NCBI GenBank assembly: GCA_000092065.1
Contig: CP000591.1
DNA length: 64,000 nt
Origin: Ostreococcus lucimarinus
Lineage: Eukaryota
Reading direction: 5' to 3' (one strand)
Shown here piece after piece: positions 60,186 through 64,000 of the stretch. The notes beneath the pieces are model-generated. The model had not been told where the DNA came from. It ran no database searches and was given only the letters and a program-made list of their open reading frames with translations. The position numbers and the translations under genes are program-made. Positions within the stretch are counted from its first letter, which is position 1; each line of letters opens with the position of its first letter.

Positions 60186-61829
60186 ATGGCGACGGCGCGA
60201 ACGGCGACGGCGCGAACGGCGACGGTGACGACGCGAAGACGCGCGCGCGCGAGGTCAGGGCGACGCGCGGGCGCGCGGGCGCGCCGAGCGCGGGCGCGAG
60301 GGGAAGATGAGGCGGCGGCGAGGGACGCGGGCGAGACGGCGACGCTCGCGGCGCTCGCGCTGGCGCCGAAGGAGGTGGTGGACGCGATCTCGGTGCCGGC
60401 GGAGCTGGTGGAGGTGCGGGCGTACGTGCGGTGGGAAGAGGCGGGGATGCCGAGCGATACCACGGACGCGTGGCGACAGCGGGAGTACGATGAGGCGCTG
60501 TTGGATTTGAAGATTGAACTCTTGCGAGGGACGACGATGAACGAGATTCGAGCGCGGTATAAGATGGCGCCCGTGGAGGGCGGCGACGCGAAGATGTTCA
60601 ATGAAGACGCGGATTTGGCGCGAAGGGTGAAGGCGGCGGCGGTGATGAAGGTGCGCGCGAGCGTGGATGAGGTGCAGGGGGCGCACGAGGAAACGGAGAC
60701 GATTGAATTCATCGAGAGCGTCGTCGTCGAGGACGCCGTCGTCGAGGATGGAGAACCGGAAGCCGCCGCGGCGGATGACGACGCCGAAGAGGCTGAAACC
60801 GTCGCGAGTGAGGTGGAAGATGCGATCGCGGCGGCGATGGAGAACGCTGTGGCGGAAGACACGGACGCCATCGTCGACGTCTTCGCCGCGCTCACCGAAG
60901 AAGAAATCGCCGACATGGAGGCGTCTTTTAGCGCGCAGGCGACGTGGTCCACGCGCGAAGAACTCGTGGCGGCGATCACGGCGACGCCGAGCGCTGAAGA
61001 CGATAACGAAGTCGATCTGCTCAAAGATCTCGAAGAGACAAAGCTCGCGCTTTCGGCAAGCGAGGAGGCGCTGCAAAAGACGAAGACAGAGCTCGAGGAC
61101 ATTGAAGCCGAAATCGTCGTCTTGCAGGCGACTTCCGACAAGGCGCTCGCGGAGATGAAAGAAGGGTGGGCCGCCGAAGTCAGTCACCTCGAAGCGCAGC
61201 TCAAGCAAGCGGTCGCGCGTGTGGGGATGGATGAAGGTGAAATTGCCGCGCAAATCGCCAAGTTTGAGCGAGACGCCGAGGAAGCGAGGAGAAGGGTCGA
61301 GGCGCTCGAGGCTGAAAAAGCCGTCGTCGCCAAGCAGCTCGAAGATACAAAGGTTGCGCAAATCAAGGCTGAGGCCGTACGTGACGCCAACTCGGAGGTG
61401 ATTTTGATGCTTAAAAAGGAGTTGGAATCCACCAAGGACGAGCTGCGCGAGATGAAGTCGAACTCGGTGTCGGAGAAGGAGTTCACGGCGATGCAGAGCG
61501 AACTCGACCGCGCCTGGGAAGCCGCGGCGGAGCTCCAAACGATGTGGGATAACGACCGTAAGGTTATTGAGTTCTTAACTAAATCCATCGACGACGAAAA
61601 GGTGAAGAAGGAGGCTCGACAAGGACTCAATATTCCCGTCGCCGCAAAAGGACTTTTGAGCTGGGCGCGCACCACCATCAGCAAGCGCGCGAACGACGTC
61701 TCCGTCGTCTCGCAGCAAACGCTCGAGACTGTCTCTCAAGCGTATCAAGAACTCGAAGCGTCGACTGGTGAATTCAGCGACGACGTCATTTCGGACGATT
61801 CCGAGTCGGATTTCATGCGCGACATGTAA
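60186..61829 (+). CDS. Coiled-coil protein (547 aa) with N-terminal GWD-like 'xLVxVRAYxRWE' motif; probably plastid-targeted
   Basis: Start MATARTATARTATVTTRRRARA (transit-peptide-like; ATG 60186, in frame). ELVEVRAYVRWEEAGMPSDTTDAWRQREYDEALLDLKIELLRGTTMNEIRARY resembles the repeated N-terminal motif of alpha-glucan water dikinase (ELVQIQAYLRWERKGKQ...EYEAAR..L..E...G.S...IRA.L). The rest is heptad-rich (..LEDIEAEIVVLQATSDKALAEMKE.., ..RRVEALEAEKAVVAKQLEDTK..). Confidence 0.6.
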   Translation: MATARTATARTATVTTRRRARARSGRRAGARARRARARGEDEAAARDAGETATLAALALAPKEVVDAISVPAELVEVRAYVRWEEAGMPSDTTDAWRQREYDEALLDLKIELLRGTTMNEIRARYKMAPVEGGDAKMFNEDADLARRVKAAAVMKVRASVDEVQGAHEETETIEFIESVVVEDAVVEDGEPEAAAADDDAEEAETVASEVEDAIAAAMENAVAEDTDAIVDVFAALTEEEIADMEASFSAQATWSTREELVAAITATPSAEDDNEVDLLKDLEETKLALSASEEALQKTKTELEDIEAEIVVLQATSDKALAEMKEGWAAEVSHLEAQLKQAVARVGMDEGEIAAQIAKFERDAEEARRRVEALEAEKAVVAKQLEDTKVAQIKAEAVRDANSEVILMLKKELESTKDELREMKSNSVSEKEFTAMQSELDRAWEAAAELQTMWDNDRKVIEFLTKSIDDEKVKKEARQGLNIPVAAKGLLSWARTTISKRANDVSVVSQQTLETVSQAYQELEASTGEFSDDVISDDSESDFMRDM

Positions 61830-62015
61830 TCTCCCCCGACCGCGCTCGAGAGAGCGCCGTCTTGTGTTATGTTTGCAATTTCATCGAGCGATGATCAAAA
61901 TACGTACGTTCGAGCTAATGTTCTTACAGGCTACACGTTCGTCCCCGTTCGGCGACCTAAGCGCGTCTCGATTCGCGCGATACCTAATCTCCACTCCTCC
62001 CTCGCGTCCCGCGTT

Positions 62016-62570
62016 CTACGCCCAAATCGTCGCGAACGCCTCTCGCAGACACCGCGCCTTCGCCACCGCTCGCCCGTCGAACCCGCACGCCCTCGCGATC
62101 GCCGCCGCCCGCGCCTTCCTTCCCTCCTCTGTGTTTTCATCGTAATCCAAGCTCGTTTTCTCCAACCCTCGTCGCACCGCGCTCGTCGGCACCGGCTGCG
62201 CGACGACGTCTCCGTTCGCCGTCTCCGGCGCGTACCCCTCCCCCGCGTCCATCGCCTCCGCCGTCTCCCCCATCGCCGCGCGTCCCTCGTCTCGCGCGCG
62301 CGCCGCGTACCGCGCGATCTCGCTCGCGTTCCGTCGCTTGTGCTCCGCGATCGCGCTCTCCGTCGCGCTCGCGTCGACGCCCTCCGTGAGGTTGAAGATC
62401 AATTCCTCCACCCGCTCGAGGTGATCGTTCCACGCGCGCAGGCTCTCGAAGTCCGACTGCCGCGCGTTGAACACCGCGAGGACGCGCTGTCGCGCGCGCG
62501 TCGCCCGCGCGAGGAGATCCATCGCGCGTCGCGCGTCGCGCGTCGCGCACTGCGGACGCGACCGGGACAC
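62016..62570 (-). CDS. MNAT1: CDK-activating kinase assembly factor MAT1 (TFIIH/CAK subunit), apparently without the N-terminal RING finger
   Basis: Compare human MAT1 [33 protein letters not shown] with FNARQSDFESLRAWNDHLERVEELIFNLTEGVD here. C-terminus ARACGFDGRAVAKARCLREAFATIW vs human [22 protein letters not shown]. No C3HC4 RING is encoded in frame upstream. Confidence 0.7.
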   Translation of the reverse strand: MSRSRPQCATRDARRAMDLLARATRARQRVLAVFNARQSDFESLRAWNDHLERVEELIFNLTEGVDASATESAIAEHKRRNASEIARYAARARDEGRAAMGETAEAMDAGEGYAPETANGDVVAQPVPTSAVRRGLEKTSLDYDENTEEGRKARAAAIARACGFDGRAVAKARCLREAFATIWA

Positions 62571-62578
62571 CGCGTCAC

Positions 62579-63127
62579 ATGTCGACGCCGGACGACGCCA
62601 TCGGCGAGCGCGCCGCGCGCGCGCTTCGCGCGCTCGTCGAGACGTACGCGTTCGACGTCGCGGACGCCCTGAGCGTCGTCCGCGCGCTGCCGACGAGCGA
62701 GGACGGGGACGATTTAGAAGATTTGAAGCGATGCGTCGACCGGCTGCTCGACGAGCGCGGGTGCGTCGATAACGGCGGGCCGGCGCTCGGGATGACGCGG
62801 ACGTGCGCGCACGGGGCGCGCGTCGACGCGAGGCGCGCGCGGGAGGCGTGCGAGGCGTGCGAGGCGTGCGGGACGAGGCGGGAGCTGTGGCGGTGCCTGA
62901 CGTGCGGCGACGCGTCGTGCGGGAGGTACGCGAACGGACACTCGAGGGCGCACGCGCGAGCGTCGGAGGGGGGGTGCGTCGTGATGCTGAGTTGGGACGA
63001 TCTGTCGGTGTGGTGCCACGAGTGCGAGAGCTACGTGGACCCGGAGAGCTCGGCGGCTTTGCGGGCGTGCGTCGCGGCGGCGGCGCTAGCCAAATTTGGC
63101 GACCGGGACGGCGGGGGGGCGGTTTAG
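62579..63127 (+). CDS. Small ZnF-UBP (BUZ) domain protein
   Basis: CAHG...CEAC..C...ELWRCLTCGDASCGRYANGHSRAHA....H.VMLSWDDLSVWCHECESYVD, the Cys/His ligand pattern of ubiquitin-binding ZnF-UBP domains. 182 aa. Confidence 0.65.
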   Translation: MSTPDDAIGERAARALRALVETYAFDVADALSVVRALPTSEDGDDLEDLKRCVDRLLDERGCVDNGGPALGMTRTCAHGARVDARRAREACEACEACGTRRELWRCLTCGDASCGRYANGHSRAHARASEGGCVVMLSWDDLSVWCHECESYVDPESSAALRACVAAAALAKFGDRDGGGAV

Positions 63128-63227
63128 GTTAGACGACGGGAGGGGACGCGCGGCGCGGTGGACGGTGAAAATGCGCTAGTTTAGTGCTGTAATTTCAATG
63201 TATCTTCGCTAGTGAGTGTCGTGGGTT

Positions 63228-63995
63228 CTAGTTTTCGGGGTCTTCGCGGGTCTCCCCCATTTTCGCCATTCGGTCGATGCGGCGTCCCATGTTGTACAAG
63301 GCATCCTGCGTGTAACGCGGCATGTCGGCCCAGAAGTGGTACTCAGACTTGGCCAAGTCTGGATCGTCAAACATCACGCTGTAGCTGAGATCATGCGGGG
63401 TCGGTTTCCAACCTTCACCCGACCATTTCTCGGCGTAGCGCGCGATCTCGGCTTCGCACGCTTCGACGCGACGCTTGTCGAATTCGCTCAACTCTTCTCC
63501 GGCATCGCGTTTCGCCTCGATTGAACTCAGGATGCCGCGTAACTCGATGGTTCTATCGTCATCGGCTTCTCTGCAAACGCGAATGACCTCTTTGACGCGC
63601 CACTCCGGATCCTCCTTGTCAGTTTCTTGAATCGCCAGGTGATTCCACGTGTGACTCGGCGAAACCTCGTATTGCCACTTTTGGATCGATTGTTCACTGA
63701 ATGGACGCAAGTATTCGCCGAGGCCGGTAGCCTGCTTGAAAGTCTCAGCATTTCTAAATTTGGGCTCATCTTTTGTGATGTCGACGTTGTAGTATTTGGC
63801 CGCGGCTTTGATTTTCTCCTTCGGATCTGCAATCGAACGCATTCCGATGAGGTCCTCCGTCGCCTCCGTGGGAAGGACTTTCGCGGGCGTATCCGGTCCA
63901 ATCGTCGAGAACTCACCCTTGGGTGGATGAGCCGCGAGGATTTCTTCGAACTCGGCCAAAGAAAGCGTCTCGTTTTCAATCAAGCGATCCACCAT
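63228..63995 (-). CDS. Hypothetical conserved-looking protein (255 aa); no family recognised
   Basis: Clean ORF of moderate GC with globular-protein composition (..KWQYEVSPSHTWNHLAIQETDKEDPEWRVKEVIRVCRE..). ATG reverse-complement at 63993-63995. Confidence 0.45.
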   Translation of the reverse strand: MVDRLIENETLSLAEFEEILAAHPPKGEFSTIGPDTPAKVLPTEATEDLIGMRSIADPKEKIKAAAKYYNVDITKDEPKFRNAETFKQATGLGEYLRPFSEQSIQKWQYEVSPSHTWNHLAIQETDKEDPEWRVKEVIRVCREADDDRTIELRGILSSIEAKRDAGEELSEFDKRRVEACEAEIARYAEKWSGEGWKPTPHDLSYSVMFDDPDLAKSEYHFWADMPRYTQDALYNMGRRIDRMAKMGETREDPEN

Positions 63996-64000
63996 CGCGT

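Noticed and set aside
59078-60310. 410-aa plus-strand ORF and the 5' part of ORF 59268-61829
   Set aside because: Arg-rich translation spanning the GatB 5' end, the Rieske gene (antisense) and the microsatellite. The coiled-coil gene is better explained as starting at 60186.
1-64000. Prokaryotic defence island, operon or phage-like system
   Set aside because: Gene content is eukaryotic (ORC4, POLE, LIG4 with BRCT, DMC1, ANP32, DCP1, DENR, MAT1, SLC25 carrier, and a nuclear-type tRNA with a Pol III T-run terminator). There are no Shine-Dalgarno-linked operons, integrases, transposases or restriction/CRISPR/toxin modules.

Overview
This 64-kb window is high-GC overall (roughly 65%, with >75% tracts alternating with ~50% tracts). 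I read it as eukaryotic nuclear DNA, not prokaryotic or viral. It is densely packed with mostly intronless genes of eukaryotic type. These include DNA ligase IV (LIG4) with tandem BRCT domains, DNA polymerase epsilon (POLE), DNA polymerase eta (POLH), the meiotic recombinase DMC1, ORC4, the TFIIH/CAK factor MAT1, a DHX57-like helicase, DCP1, DENR, ANP32, a mitochondrial carrier, and organelle-targeted uL4, GatB and MnmA. There is one tRNA-Val(CAC) gene followed by a Pol III T-run terminator. Codon bias (GCG/CGC/GAC/ACG), compact convergent and divergent gene pairs, and plant-lineage domains (Rho-N, CHI-fold FAP, GT77-like transferase, GWD-like N-terminal motif) point to a GC-rich green picoalga, most plausibly Micromonas-like (Mamiellophyceae). 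That assignment is inference. I annotate about 35 protein-coding genes, one tRNA and several tandem or simple repeats. No CRISPR array, mobile element or prokaryotic-style defence locus is supportable. The most interesting content is (i) six genome-maintenance and meiosis genes co-located here (LIG4, POLH, DMC1, ORC4, POLE, MAT1); (ii) two large lineage-specific membrane or surface proteins, one with a beta-helix plus GYPANST dodecapeptide-repeat plus polyproline architecture; (iii) a 122-bp tandem duplication and a small glycine-zipper ORF in a region with no other annotated gene; and (iv) very short bidirectional intergenic spacers. Many long ORFs in the six-frame track are antisense or low-complexity artefacts of the GC bias and are rejected. 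All gene calls rest on motif recognition by eye; start codons are approximate.
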